Assembly (NCBI GenBank): GCA_950097015.1
Contig: CATNEN010000040.1
Coordinates: forward strand, 285,452-349,451
Origin: Macrostomum hystrix
Taxonomy: Eukaryota > Animalia > Platyhelminthes
Direction of reading: 5' to 3'
Length of the DNA stretch: 64,000 nucleotides
Part shown: piece after piece, positions 46,201 through 57,919 of the stretch
Numbering within the stretch: position 1 is the stretch's first letter
Layout: each line of letters begins with the position of its first letter
Position numbers and translations under genes: made by a program
Notes under the pieces: model-generated
Told to the model about the DNA's origin: nothing
What the model saw: the letters and a program-made list of their open reading frames with translations, nothing else
Database searches by the model: none

Positions 46201-48264
46201 GGATGAGCCTTTCTAGGAAATTCTCACCTGGGTGAGGAAGATCTCCGGCCTGGCCGGATCGTTAGTGGGCCGGTCGCCGGAGAAGTGAAAGGCGAATCTC
46301 TTGCGAAACGGCTCCAGCATGAGTTCCAGTGGTGGCAGCGACCGCCCGGCCGCCTCCGCCGGCACCTGCAGCTGGGCGAAGCGGCGGAAACTGACGACAA
46401 AGTCTCTCTCCTTAGCGCCGGTGGTGCCCGCAACGACTGTTCCGACGGCGGAGGCGGCGGCGGGGGCGGCCAGGGCGGCATTGTCAGTCAAAGCGGCGCC
46501 GACGGTGCCGCTGTTGAACGGCCAGCCGATGGCGCGAAGAGCGGCGGAGAATTCGGCGCAGAATTTCCTACGCAACAGGCCGGCCCAGTGGTCCACAATG
46601 GCCTCGGCATCGTTTAGAAGCTCAACAGAATCGGTCTCGGCCAGGCAGGCCGGCGGTCGGAGATCCCGGCGCAGCAGGGCCAGCCGGCGGAACTGCTCGG
46701 CGGCCCGGTCGAAGCTGCCGGCAACAAGGGCGGCCTGCACGGCGCTGGCCTGCGGCAGTGGCGGGGGGAAGGCGGATACAAAAAACTGATTTGAGCCTGG
46801 TGGTGGCCCCTGGCAACCTCAATAAGTATATGTGACGCAATGCGCATATTGACCAGACACCACGTACAGACACACCCAGGAAACCATTGAGACACCCTGA
46901 CACACACAAAAACCACCAGACATCCACAGACACAGCTGGACACCCACAGACACGGCCGGACACCCACAGACACAGCCGGACATCCACAGACACAGCCGGA
47001 CACCCACAGACACAGCCGGACACCCATAGACACAGCCGGACACCCATAGACACAGCCGGACATCCACAGACACAGCTGGACACCCACAGACACGGCCGGA
47101 CACCCACAGACACAGCCGGACATCCACAGACACAGCCGGACACCCACAGACACAGCCGGACACCCATAGACACAGCCGGACACCCATAGACACAGTAACA
47201 CACCCACAGACACAGCCGGACATCCACAGACACAGCCGGACACCCACAGACACAGCCGGACACCCACAGACACAGCCGGACACCCATAGACACAGCCGGA
47301 CACCCACAGACACAGCCGGACACCCACAGACACAGCCGGACACCCACAGACACAGTAACACACCCACAGACACAGCCGGACACCCACAGACACAGCCGGA
47401 CACCCACAGACACAGTAACACACCCACAGACACAGTAACACACCCACAGACACAGCCGGACACCCATAGACACAGCCGGACACCCACAGACACAGCCGGA
47501 CACGCACAGACACAGTAACACACCCACAGACACAGCCGGACACCCACAGACACAGCCGGACACCCACAGACACAGCCGGACACCCATAGACACAGCCGGA
47601 CACCCATAGACACAGCCGGACATCCACAGACACAGCTGGACACCCACAGACACGGCTGGGCACCCACAGACACAGCCGGACATCCACAGACACAGCCGGA
47701 CACCCACAGACACAGCCGGACACCCACAGACACAGCCGGACACCCATAGACACAGCCGGACACCCACAGACACAGTCAGACACCCACAGACACAGTTGGA
47801 CACCCACAGACACGGCTGGGCACCCACAGACACAGCTGGACACCCACAGACACCAGAGACCGCTGCAATCTAACCTGACACTCGAGCTGTTCCCGAAGTC
47901 GCAGCGCTTCCAGTCGCGCCTCCGCGACGTCCAGCTCGGCAGCCCGCTCGGCCAGGCCGCCATCAAGCAGCAGCGGCCGGCACTCGACCAGCTGTCGCTG
48001 ACAGTCGCCGGTCAGCTTGGCGTGCAAAGCCAACAGCTCACAGACTTCGGCCTGCAACTGTCTACAGGCCAGACGGGCCTGGCCGAAGGTCGTGCACTCG
48101 TGCAGGCCGGCCTGCTTGCGCAACAGTTCGAGTCGCTCTGCCGACTCGCGGAGCAGGCTGGGCGCGAACTCGCGCACCGATTCCACAGTTGGCAGCCGCT
48201 CGTTCAGCTGCTTGGTCAGCTCCGCCGACAGAGCAGCTGAGATTGGCGATGTCAACGGATGCGA
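37240..48264 (-). CDS. RINT1: RAD50-interacting protein 1 (RINT1/TIP20); exons 47875-48264, 46228-46749, 45078-45238, 43686-44109, 43154-43368, 42599-43007, 37240-37485
   Basis: Motifs PFRKRFAFHFSGDRPTND..RPE, FRVRLRQ, ALNS...DWAD, FS..GGLHF and C-terminal F.QYCGRP...ACCLL. Intron phases are consistent and give 2367 nt. The first coding exon begins at a phase-0 acceptor with no ATG. Confidence 0.88.
37871..39445 (-). CDS. Reverse transcriptase and RNase H, separated from the upstream ORF by a 1-nt frameshift near 39446
   Basis: SPVCLVAKKDG, LPMGL, YIDDIAVF, ETDSS..GLGAVL, EKECLAV, SDHKPL, NGAADGLSR. Confidence 0.93.
   Translation of the reverse strand, partial: EVLEKCNDVNYRIRIGKNTNVFHINLLKKYNSRESILLATTRKADQIDSAQRKSGLPELADTLNFGQKRLLDSLVCDFKDVFSETPGRTSLMEHRIRTTSNQVVRIRPRREPQAYRQVLQDEVQRMLDLGVIEPSDSDYCSPVCLVAKKDGSVRFTVNFKALNELVAFDSYPMKNIEDLLESVAKAKFISKLDCCKGYWQIPLAENSKRLTAFAANGKLYQFTVLPMGLNCSSATYQRLMDKVLLGIDSAESYIDDIAVFSETFEQHLQDLRRVFNRLKAAGLTVQPRKCFLGGTSTDYLGFKLGNDEISTSEDRVRAIKALEQPRTKTQLRSVLGVLNHYRRFIPNYADQVAALTELTRRTTPEDLTAAWGEKHTRAFEVAKALMTSEPVLRAPDYGRPFILETDSSETGLGAVLTQEFEDGIHPVLFVSRRLTAAEQGYATIEKECLAVRWAVEKLRHYLLGRHFIIRSDHKPLQYLQLDHANPRLQRWAHYLSGFDYAIQYQPGESNGAADGLSRLWSPTK
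39418..42189 (-). CDS. Gag (SCAN-like capsid, CCHC knuckle), aspartic protease and integrase
   Basis: YRQRFRSL/LLEQF capsid motifs; CFNCGGPHKKFQCP; LLDTGAD; HESAFAGH...CDKC; IDISGPY...DKGTNF...ERFHGTLK. Confidence 0.93.
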   Translation of the reverse strand: MSHGGSGAGSTKPYNLRSRDTTGESAASNRTSSAEMETGATESEELSGIDSANLMETMKLILTHQSRQLQDMAQAQERQSAFYLEQLARQQAEFARLMAESKPRPQTVEPKLFKLTDADDIESFLATFERSATSCGWQKQDWTIRLGPLLTGKAQSAFHSLTTAAIADYEMAKAAILARYNIGEETYRQRFRSLRRASEESYQVFAAKLEDLFDRWMTAGVDEDEREELRGGDTIIRRKVLLEQFSDSLGRGLQVWMRERKPKNIKEAAQLADDYYMARSNDRNGGTHDQRSQETQDVSHVRASNADRHREIQRAPMSKTKISCFNCGGPHKKFQCPNKPNNSIHLASEDMKVGTSTTGTRMIKGKASGKDLEFLLDTGADRTTIRRNCLPEDINWTGRHALLRCFGGDLHRLPIAKVDLHLNGFEGIADVCVSDSLPVSALIGLDLIGRLAPGVENPTDAAGAAQTAYETQAADPHPPANQEKGVVGAPVCPIRQSEGDRALADEGIMASGLVQIDPEPPSTQRPRLTRAQARKQRQEYREKLEPNIGQMAWDYEAALQEDGEMLEKLRDNDAIIKVNGRLYRTQAAGEDQLVLPKSLRLTALTQAHESAFAGHLGVKKTSQRLLQRFWWPTVAKDVKDFVTTCDKCQKTARIGCTQKVPLVQVPGVEEAFSKVIIDISGPYPKSSSGHKYILSVIDAATRFPEGFPLRNIDAETVAKALIDCFSRTGFPKEIQSDKGTNFSSALLQALYQCTGVEGIQSTPYHPQSQALVERFHGTLKTMLRRLPAREKKKWDLYLPYLLFAIREVPNETTGFSPFELLYGRTVRGPLDLLRQTWDEKLTAEKKDIITFVLAQRDRLQAGLEASRSNEELERKRWKHWYDRRSRERELAPGDQVLLLLPSSSTKLHAEWRGPLRSWRSATT
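42168..42181 (-). promoter_or_regulatory. Primer-binding site TGGTGGCAGCGGTG, complementary to the 3' end of a tRNA-Leu
   Basis: Directly follows the 5' LTR; complement of ...CACCGCTGCCA-CCA. Confidence 0.8.
43495..43635. repeat. Intronic minisatellite, ~18-bp unit (ctctaccaggttctca)
   Basis: RINT1 intron 4. Confidence 0.85.
44300..44990. repeat. Intronic minisatellite, 17-bp unit (gaatattctagcttggg)
   Basis: About 40 copies in RINT1 intron 3. Confidence 0.95.
45310..46145. repeat. Intronic minisatellite, ~19-bp unit (gggatctttctagaatcca), with a higher-order duplication
   Basis: RINT1 intron 2; the variant succession in ~45340-45760 recurs in ~45760-46145. Confidence 0.9.
46855..47855. 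repeat. Intronic minisatellite, 20-bp unit (gacacagccggacacccaca)
   Basis: RINT1 intron 1; source of the spurious Cys/Val-rich ORFs. Confidence 0.95.
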
Positions 48265-48279
48265 CTGCGGGGGAGACGG

Positions 48280-50100
48280 AACTGGCTGTAGGATTGATGG
48301 GACTGGCTGTAGGATTGATGGGACTGCCTGTAGGATTGATGGGACTGGCTGTAGGATTGATGGTACTGGCTGTAGGATTGATGGGACTGCCTGGAGGATT
48401 GATGGGACTGGCTGTAGGATTGATGGGACTGTAGGATTGATGGGACTGGCTGTAGGATTGATGGGACTGTAGGATTGATGGGACTGTGGGATTGATGGGA
48501 CTGTAGGATTGATGGGACTGTAGGATTGATGGGACTGTAGGATTGATGGGACTGTAGGATTGATGGGACTGTAGGATTGATGGGACTGTAGGATTGATGG
48601 GACTGTAGGATTGATGGGACTGTAGGATTGATGGGACTGTATAGGATTGATGGGACTGTAGGATTGATGGGACTGTAGGATTGATGGGACTGTAGGATTG
48701 ATGGGACTGTAGGATTGATGGGACTGTAGGATTGATGGGACTGTAGGATTGATGGGACTGTAGGATTGATGGGACTGTAGGATTGATGGGACTGTAGGAT
48801 TGATGGGACTGTAGGATTGATGGGACTGTAGGATTGATCGGACTGGCTGTAGGATTGATGGGACTGGCTTTACGATTGATGGGACTGGCTGTAGGATTGA
48901 TGGGACTGCCTGGAGGATTGATGGGACTGGCTGTACGATTGATGGGACTGGCTGTAGGATTGATGGGACTGCCTGGAGGATTGATGGGACTGGCTGTACG
49001 ATTGATGGGACTGTAGGATTGATGGGACTGTACGATTGATGGGACTGTAGGATTGATGGGACTGGCTGTACGATTGATGGGACTGTAGGATTGATGGGAC
49101 TTGCTGTAGGATTGATGGGACTGGCTATAGGATTGATGGGACTGTAGGATTGATGGGACTGGCTGTAGGATTGATGGGACTGGCTGTAGGATTGATGGGA
49201 CTGGCTGTAGGATTGATGGGACTGTAGGATTGATGGGACTGTAGGATTGATGGGACTGTAGGATTGATGGGACTGGCTGTAGGATTGATGGGACCGTCTG
49301 GAGGATTGATGGGACTGGCTGTACGATTGATGGGACTGTAGGATTGATGGGACTGTAGGATTGATCGGACTGGCTGTAGGATTGATGGGACTGCCTGGAG
49401 GATTGATGGGACTGGCTGTACGATTGATGGGACTGGCTGTAGGATTGATGGGACTGCCTGGAGGATTGATGGGACTGGCTGTACGATTGATGGGACTGTA
49501 GGATTGATGGGACTGTACGATTGATGGGACTGTAGGATTGATGGGACTGGCTGTACGATTGATGGGACTGTAGGATTGATGGGACTTGCTGTAGGATTGA
49601 TGGGACTGTACGATTGATGGGACTGTAGGATTGATGGGACTGGCTATAGGATTGATGGGACTGTAGGATTGATGGGACTGGCTGTAGGATTGATGGGACT
49701 GGCTGTAGGATTGATGGGACTGGCTGTAGGATTGATGGGACTGTAGGATTGATGGGACTGTAGGATTGATGGGACTGTAGGATTGATGGGACTGTAGGAT
49801 TGATGGGACTGGCTGTAGGATTGATGGGACCGTCTGGAGGATTGATGGGACTGGCTGTACGATTGATGGGACTGTAGGATTGATGGGACTGTACGATTGA
49901 TGGGACTGTAGGATTTATGGGACTGGCTGTACGATTGATGGGACTGTAGGATTGATGGGACTGGCTGTAGGATTGATGGGACTGGCTATAGGATTGATGG
50001 GACTGTAGGATTGATGGGACTGGCTGTAGGATTGATGGGACTGCCTGGAGGATTGATGGGACTGTAGGATTGATGGGACTGGCTGTACGATTGATGGGAC
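48280..50100. repeat. Minisatellite with mixed 17/21-bp units (gggactgtaggattgat / gggactggctgtaggattgat)
   Basis: Fills most of the ALDH2-RINT1 spacer. Confidence 0.95.
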
Positions 50101-50591
50101 TATAATTTTTCTCTAGGCAATTCTTATCGAATGAAGGCATGGTAAGCTCTTGCGTACAGGTCTGCATTCATGCATTTGCGGGTAACAAAAATTAAAGCAA
50201 AGGTAAATTAGAATACAGGCAGCAGAGAAAAGCACAAACGAGGCCCAGTTACTGTTTTATTTAAAGCCGTGATTTTAAATTGTTTCAACAACTGCTTACT
50301 GCACTAAAACTAGCTTCACAAAACGGAAATAGATAACAACAGACATAATGAATGATAATGGCCCAGAAGACTGAACAGGTGCCAAGAGAGTGGCAAAAGA
50401 TATATAGAGTATGTTTATCTATTTAGCCGAAAGAGGGACGCAAGGCAAGGAATAACCGCTCATTCCTCGCAATTGTAATGATTTTCAAGTCGAAATAAAA
50501 CTTTCTCCTAATTTAAAAAGTAGCCTCTTGTCACAGATGCCAGTCTGTTTTATGGAGCAGTCAGGCCAGGTGAGCCGCAGTTTTAGGTGCT

Positions 50592-53500
50592 TCAGCTGTT
50601 CTTCTGGTCCAGCCGGATCATGACGCACTTCACCTCGGTGTAGGCCTCCAGGCCGTACTCGCCCAGCTCGCGTCCGCTGCCGGACATCTTGAAGCCGCCG
50701 AACGGCGCCGCGGCGTCGAAGTGGTCGTACTCGTTGATCCAGACGGTGCCAGCCCGGAGGCCCTGCATGACGTGCATGGCCTTGTCCAGGTCCTTGGTGA
50801 AGATGCCGGCCGCCAGGCCGTAGACGGTCTTGTTGCCGCGCTCGATCAACTCGTCGACGGATTTGAACTTCATGATCTGCATCACCGGGCCGAAGATCTC
50901 CTCCTGGGCGATGCGCATCTCGTCCTGGTGGGATTTGGGATAAATTGGGATTTGGGGAATTGTCATTACGAGCGTAGTAGCTGAATAAACATTAACACAA
51001 TATGAGCAAGAATTAAGGAATTCCAGTTCATAGATTTGAGCATAGAACTCTCAAGCAGTCTTAACTCCGAAGTCCGAATCCCAGCCAATGGGAAACAGCT
51101 TGAGTTCGATTCCGCGGCGAGGCCGCATTCATTTGGGGCGCAGCCGTGGAGAGAAGACTTGGGGGCTTGTCGTGCAATTTGAGTCCCTGAGGATGAGAAA
51201 GAGCCTTGTGAGCGTGTGCCTGTGCACGGTATCTGTGTGCGTGTGTGCTCAGGAGCCAGCGATATGGACAGAATTGCCTCCTTGCTGGCTGCGGGTCTAG
51301 TGTCACGACTAGAAGTGCCATTGCACGCAGCCCTTCTGCAATTATTATTATTATTATTATTATTATAGGTGGGGTAGAAAATTTTGGGTGCGTGTCGTGG
51401 GCCCCAGTCCATGGACTGAACAGCTGTACTGTGCCTTTTTAATCTCGACTTGCCAATCGAAATTTGCAGTTGCTATTTAATTAGATGACTATAGTTTCCA
51501 TTGTTAAATGAAGTCACCTTGACATCGGAGAAAATGGTGGGCTGCACATAGTAGCCCTTGTCGCCTAGCCGGGCGCCTCCCGTCAGCAGCTTGGCACCCT
51601 GACTCTTGCCGCTCTTGATAAGGTCCAGAATCTTGCCCATCTGCTCCTGGTCAATCTGCGGTCCCTGCTCGGTGCTGAGGTTGAACGGGTCGCCAACCAG
51701 GCGCTTCTTGGCCCGCTCCACGCTCAGTTCAACAAATTTGTCGTAGACGGATTCCTCGACGAAGGTGCGACTGCCGGCGCAGCAGCACTGGCCCTGGTTG
51801 AAGAACAGGGCAAAGTGCGACTTCTCGACGGCGTATTCGAGATCGGCGTCTGAGAAGATCACGTTGGGACTCTTGCCGCCGAGCTCCAGGCTGACTCGCT
51901 TCAGGTTGCTTTGCCCGGCATACTGGGGGATCAGGCGGCCGACCTCCGTGCTGCCCGTGAAGGCCAGCTGTGGAATGAGGATTGGGATTCATGATGTCTG
52001 GGATCTTACAGTGACGAGGCATTCTTAAACTTTATTTAAGCACAGCTCACTAGACAAAACAGGTAGAACCCACAAGCTTCAGCTAAAATGCAGAGAATTT
52101 ATTCAGCTCTCAAATGAAACAAACATTTTGAAAATACATTGCATGATGCAGATGTTATCTGTGTTCTTCTCCAAGTGGTGCATCAGAATTTCCTATCTTT
52201 CCAGTGTTAGAACATGAGTCATAGAACATTCAGAGCTCTATGACTCATGATATAATAGGCCATCTCACCTTGTCAACCTTGTTATGCAAGGCCAGAGCGG
52301 CTCCAGCAGTGGGCCCATAGCCGGGCACAATGTTGAGCACTCCGGGTGGAAAGCCCGCCTCCTTGGCCAGCTGAGCAACATAATTGGCGGTGAGAGGAGT
52401 CTGCTCGGCTGTCTTCATCACCACCGTGTTGCCCATGCTGAGTGCCGGGCCCAGCTTCCAGGCCTGCATTAGCAGTGGGAAATTCCAGGGGATAATCTGG
52501 CCGCAGACGCCGACGGGCTCGTGCCGGGTGAAGCAGAACACGTTGCCATCGACGGGAATAGTCTTGCCGTGGTTCTTGTTGGCCCAGCCAGCGTAGTAGC
52601 TGGGCAAAATTTGTTGAGCCAATAATGAATTTCAGACATTGTGAGACTTCCAGCGTTTGAGTTTTCCAGCAAGTTTAGAGTACGGAAAGTTGCTGAGTCA
52701 ACGTTATTTTTGTTAAGTAACACCTATTACAACTTTAAAAATTTTGAAGACTTATAATTTATTTTAACTTTCTTTAATTTATGGTCTTAGGGCAAAGCGA
52801 CTAAACTAATTAACATTTAAAGCAATTAAACCAGCGAACTAACAAAAATTGCATTTTAAGGACGAAATACATTTTTCTTTTACAAAAGCAATGACAACAG
52901 TACAATGCTCTGTTTCATTTTAAGAGAATAATGGCTGTGAGAGTTGGTCAGTGCGAGAACGAACTCACTCACCGGTAGCATCGAATGCTGAGCTCAACAT
53001 CGGCCAAGTAGGAGAATAGGTAGGGCTTGCCATTGTCAAGAGATTCCAGAGACTGGCAATAAAATGGAGGTTGGTGAGCACAATGGATGCATCGAAAGAA
53101 GTTTAGAAAACTCTTTGAATAGCATAGATGGGCATCAAATTTGAGTTTCTAATCTTTCACTATTCTATTAATATTTCGCTTTGTTTTCGAACATTTTCTT
53201 TAGAGCCATAGCAATTGCGCCTAAACAACTCGCAACAATTGCGTTGGAACATTGGCAAAAGAAAACACACAGTAGATTAGAAGCTGGCAACATGAATATT
53301 TATACTTCAGCCTCGACTGACACCCAACAGATGCCTCGACTGACACCCAACAGATGCCTCGACTGACACTCAACAGATGCCTCGACTGACACCCAACAGA
53401 TGCCTCGACTGACACCCAACAGATGCCTCGACTGACACCCAACAGATGCCTCGACTGACACCCAACAGATGCCTCGACTGACACCCAACAGATGCCTCGA

Positions 53501-54896
53501 CTGACACCCAACAGATGCCTCGACTGACACCCAACAGATGCCTCGACTGGCACCCAACAGATGCCTCGACTGACACTCAACAGATGCCTCGACTGACACC
53601 CAACAGATGCCTCGACTGACACCCAACAGATGCCTCGACTGACACCCAACAGATGCCTCGACTGACACTCAACAGATGCCTCGACTGACACCCAACAGAT
53701 GCCTCGACTGACACCCACCCTGTAGATGCCTCGACTGACACCCAACAAATGCCTCGACTGACACCCAACAGATGCCTCGACTGACACCCAACAGATGCCT
53801 CGACTGACACCCAACAAATGCCTCGACTGACACCCAACAGATGCCTCGACTGACACCCACCCTGTAGATGCCTCGACTGACACCCAACAAATGCCTCGAC
53901 TGACACCCAACAGATGCCTCGACTGACACCCAACAGATGCCTCGACTGACACCCAACAGATGCCTCGACTGGCACCCACCCTGCAGATACATATACTGAC
54001 ACCCACCCAACAGATGCCTCGACTGGCACCCAACAGATGCCTCGACTGGCACCCAACAGATGCCTCGACTGGCACCCACCCTGCAGATACATAAACTGAC
54101 ACCCACCCAACAGATGCCTCGACTGGCACCCAACAGATGCCTCGACTGGCACCCAACAGATGCCTCGACTGGCACCCACCCTGCAGATACATAAACTGAC
54201 ACCCACCCTGCAGATACATCGACTGACACCCAATAGATGCCTCTACTGACACCCACCCTGCACATGCATCTACTGACACCCTGCAGATACATCGACTGAC
54301 ACCCAACAGATGCCTCTACTGACACCCACCCTGCACATGCATCTACTGACACCCTGCAGATACATCTACTGACATCCTGCCGATACATCTACTGACATCC
54401 TGCAGATACATCTACTGACACCCTGCGGATACATCTACTGACACCCTGCAGATGTCTCTAATGTCGTTTAATCTTACAGAAACCTCTAATGACGCACAAG
54501 TTACACAATGAGACTCACCGCTAGGTAGACCTTGTCCCGCTCCATGAGATCGGCCAGTTTATTCATGAGATTGCCACGCTGAGAGGCATCCATACGGCGC
54601 CACTCTGAGCCGTAGCGGAAGGCCTGATTTGCCGCTTGAACGGCACGATCAATGTCGGCCTTGTCGCCTTCGGCCACCTCCGTAATGACTTCGCCAGTGG
54701 CCGGATTGACTGTTGGAAAAGTCTTGCCAGAAACGGCGTCCACCCATTCGTTGTTGATGAATAGTTTGTTGAATTTCACTTCCGGTTTGCGGATGGGCTC
54801 CGGAATAGCCGGGGCACCAGATAGTGAGCGAACAGCTGCGACAGTGGCCCTAGGCAAGAGCAGGCGAGCGGATTGGCTAAGCTTGGCGGCTAGCAT
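50592..54896 (-). CDS. ALDH2: Mitochondrial aldehyde dehydrogenase (523 aa); exons 54519-54896, 52973-53052, 52269-52599, 51518-51967, 50592-50924
   Basis: Transit-peptide-like N-terminus; [48 protein letters not shown]; consistent intron phases. Confidence 0.95.
51050..51366 (+). mobile_element. SINE family B copy with (att)n tail in ALDH2 intron 4
   Basis: gagttcgattcc B box; body homologous to 12490-12780; followed by a SINE-A body fragment. Confidence 0.75.
52024..52245. mobile_element. Partial copy (one arm) of the inverted-repeat element at 55235-55967
   Basis: cttaaactttatttaagcacagctcactagacaaa...tttccagtgt matches ~55705-55890. Confidence 0.8.
53310..54460. repeat. Intronic minisatellite, 23-bp unit (ctcgactgacacccaacagatgc), grading into related units
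   Basis: ALDH2 intron 1. Confidence 0.95.
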
Positions 54897-55234
54897 GTTT
54901 ATTTGTTTGTTTAATTTCTGCCTGCGTTGGAATAAACTAAACAGAAAGCGGGACTTCTTCTGGGAACCCAGAGATTTACATGAAATAACAGATATTGTAC
55001 ACTGGCGCACCCACCCCCTAACTAAACAACTTGGGGCACCAATGAAACGCTTTGGATAGAGTCACGTGATATATTTACGACCGCTTTTTCTCTCTGTTCC
55101 TTACCCAACAATTAGGCGAAGGTACGCTGACTTTATGGAAGCAAATTGCAACATCTGCAACACACTATGCAATTTTAGTGTGTTATGAGGGTCAGAGAAA
55201 TTGGCCCGGAATGGGGTGGTGGGGCGCGATCAGG

Positions 55235-55967
55235 CATAGAGCTCTGAATCATTTTTGACATTTTCCATACCAGTGTAGGCTGACTGGCTGTCCCGAAATA
55301 CACTGAGCAGATAGGAAATTCTGATGCACCACTTGGAGAAAAACACAGATAAATTCCGTATCATGCAATATATTTTCAAAATGTTTGTTTTATTAGAAAG
55401 CTGAATAAATTCTCTGCATTGTAGTTGAAGCTTGTGCGTCAACCAATTTCGTCTAGTGAGCTGTGCTTAAATAAAGTTTAAGGACGACAGAAATTGTCAC
55501 TTAGCAGTGCGCGACATTAGAAAGTTTCAATGCAGAAAACTTTTTTATTAATTACCTGATATTAGCGAAATGTAGTTTAATTTGTACAAAACATCAATAC
55601 CCATCGAATGAACTAATAAACTATTCGAAATGTCGGAAAAGAAGAACATTTTCTGCAGTACAACTTAGCGAATTTTTCTCTTAGACATGATAATTTCCTT
55701 ATTACTTAAACTTTATTTAAGCACAGCTCACTAGACAAAACAGGTAGAACCCACAAGCTTCAGCTAAAATGCAGAGAAGTTATTCAGCTCTCTAATGAAA
55801 CAAACATTTTGAAAATACATTGCATGATGCAGATGTTATCTGTGTTCTTCTCCAAGTGGTGCATCAGAATTTCCTATCTTTCCAGTGTATTTTCGGGACA
55901 ACCAGTCAGCCCACACTGGTACGGAAAATGGGCTTGTCTCTCCAGTCTCTACATTCAGAGCTCCATG
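55235..55967. mobile_element. Foldback-like MITE with ~250-bp inverted arms
   Basis: Arms ~55235-55481 and ~55705-55967 are reverse complements; ends CATAGAGCTCTGAAT / ATTCAGAGCTCCATG; candidate 7-bp TSD gatcagg / gaccagg. Confidence 0.8.
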
Positions 55968-57377
55968 GACCAGGCTCTGAATCAGAATTCAACAGACGCG
56001 AAATGGAAAGGAAAGAAAGGGCTGGAATTTCATAAGGCAACTAACTTACAAGAGCCTCATTAGGGTTAGGGGATACAGTGTAGAAAAACAGATGCACAAA
56101 AAACTGTACATAAACAAACGTGCGCAAAGTGATTTCTCTAGACTAGTCCAGTTAAGTATGTTACATTTTTTCTATCCTATATTCAAAGCATACACCGCCA
56201 ACCTGTGTTTACGTACACAACTGAATATCAAGACCAACTAGGCTTTGCAGTTTTGCTATTTTTTATCCAGTCAGTTCAACTTAATATATTTGTAAAAGCA
56301 GAAATTAGAAGAACGTGATGATCTAAGCGGTCAATGCTAAATCTGATATATTATTCTAGATTGTGTGTACTTTTAAAAGAATTCAAACGAAGCGGCTACA
56401 GTCTGAGCAAATAATTTGCAAGGTGAAAATGCAAGTCAAGCGAATATTTATGTACTTTTAAATAGCCGATTGGTGAATGTCGACAAGCGGTTACAGCAAG
56501 CTATATCTAATTTTGTGATAATCTATGGTCAAAATCAACCCATTACTAACAGTATTTTCAAAGTCAACATACATGTAGTCAGAGCGAAGCGAAAAAAAAT
56601 TATGAATTTTAATTTGACAAGAGAAAGAAAATTAAATATTTAAATGGCACGAAAGCTACTGCAAGTAGTACCTAAAATGAATATTAATCGAATAGCTTTA
56701 ATCGAAAATGCCACGGCAAAAAAGCATATATTTTTTTTGACACGACACGTTTGGAAGCCCAGATTCATTGCGCTTGGATACAGGAAAACAAACTCTGGAT
56801 AAATAGAACCGAACAAATACAGGGGCATTCGGTTGAAAAAAAACGATTCCATGGCGGAAGATGAGACAGAACTAGGGAGATGAACAGGCTGCAATCCGAT
56901 CGGCCAAACAATTCCATTTAATTCATCGGAACACAATGCTAAATAGTAAATAAGCAGCATCCATTATCTGACACCTGCTGATGCTGCCAATGCTGATGCT
57001 ATTGGCGAAAGGCAAACAGAAAAGAGACAGAACAAAGGAAGTCTAAATTTACCATCGCAAACGCTGACAGTCCAGGGTGGCGTTCTTTAGCATAGAGAAA
57101 CAGAGTGAACTCATTTGATCTCCAAATTAAAGTGAGGCGGCTCGTGATTGACAGTTGCTAAGGCATGAAACACTGCTGAGCACACTGCAGACAAGTTTAT
57201 AAATGCGAGTCCGGTACATTGTTCGGCAAGTCATTTAGCAAGCTGAGATTTTAGAAAGTACTCAATCTAATTTTAGCGAGCTTGGGGTTAGAGCAGCTTG
57301 GGATATCGAGAGTTGAGAACTTTGTAAATTGACCGCCAGCTATATTTAGGGACTTAAGGCACTTAAGAAATCAAGTA

Positions 57378-57794
57378 CCCGCTAAAAAATAGGATGTTTT
57401 CTTTGGGTGATTCCAGTTGGAATCTGCGGGTTTCCAGAAAAAAAGAAACAGCCGACCGCTGGACACATACAATCGGATGATTCCATCTTAGAATCTACCC
57501 AACTGGGCGTTTTCTCGGTGCTTCTGGTGGCGAATGGAATCACCCAAAGAATCCCTCCAGTTCGGAAGATTCCATGCTCAGAAACCGCCGAGGAATCGCC
57601 CGTAACAATTCTCTGGTTGTCCCATGGGCACTGGTTCGGGTGATTTCTTCGGCGGTTTCCGCACAATTTACGGTTACATCGGCTGCTTCCTGGGTGGGTT
57701 TCTTTAACTCTTGCGAGATAGGGGGATTTTGGTCAGATTCCACTCCTATTTTGCACAAAAGCCCGCCGAAGAAGCAGCCGAATTTTTTACAGGG
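57378..57794. mobile_element. Non-autonomous CMC/EnSpm-like element, copy 1 (417 bp)
   Basis: Ends CCCGCTAAAAAAT / ATTTTTTACAGGG, flanked by ta/ta; inverted homolog at 63072-63490. Confidence 0.75.
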
Positions 57795-57919
57795 TAATCA
57801 GGAATTTAAAGAAATTGAGAACATGTGAAATTAGGGACTAGAGAATTTGCGAATTTCCTAAAAATGGAAATTAAGGAATCGTTTTCTTTAGAAACTTCAG
57901 GACTCAGAGAACAGGAATT

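Noticed and set aside
46614-50167. Long ORFs (450, 403, 314 and 701 aa) that are Cys/Val- or Ser/Pro/Gln-rich
   Set aside because: Translations of stop-free minisatellites in RINT1 intron 1 and the ALDH2-RINT1 spacer
53221-54388. Multiple 200-360 aa repetitive ORFs
   Set aside because: 23-bp minisatellite in ALDH2 intron 1
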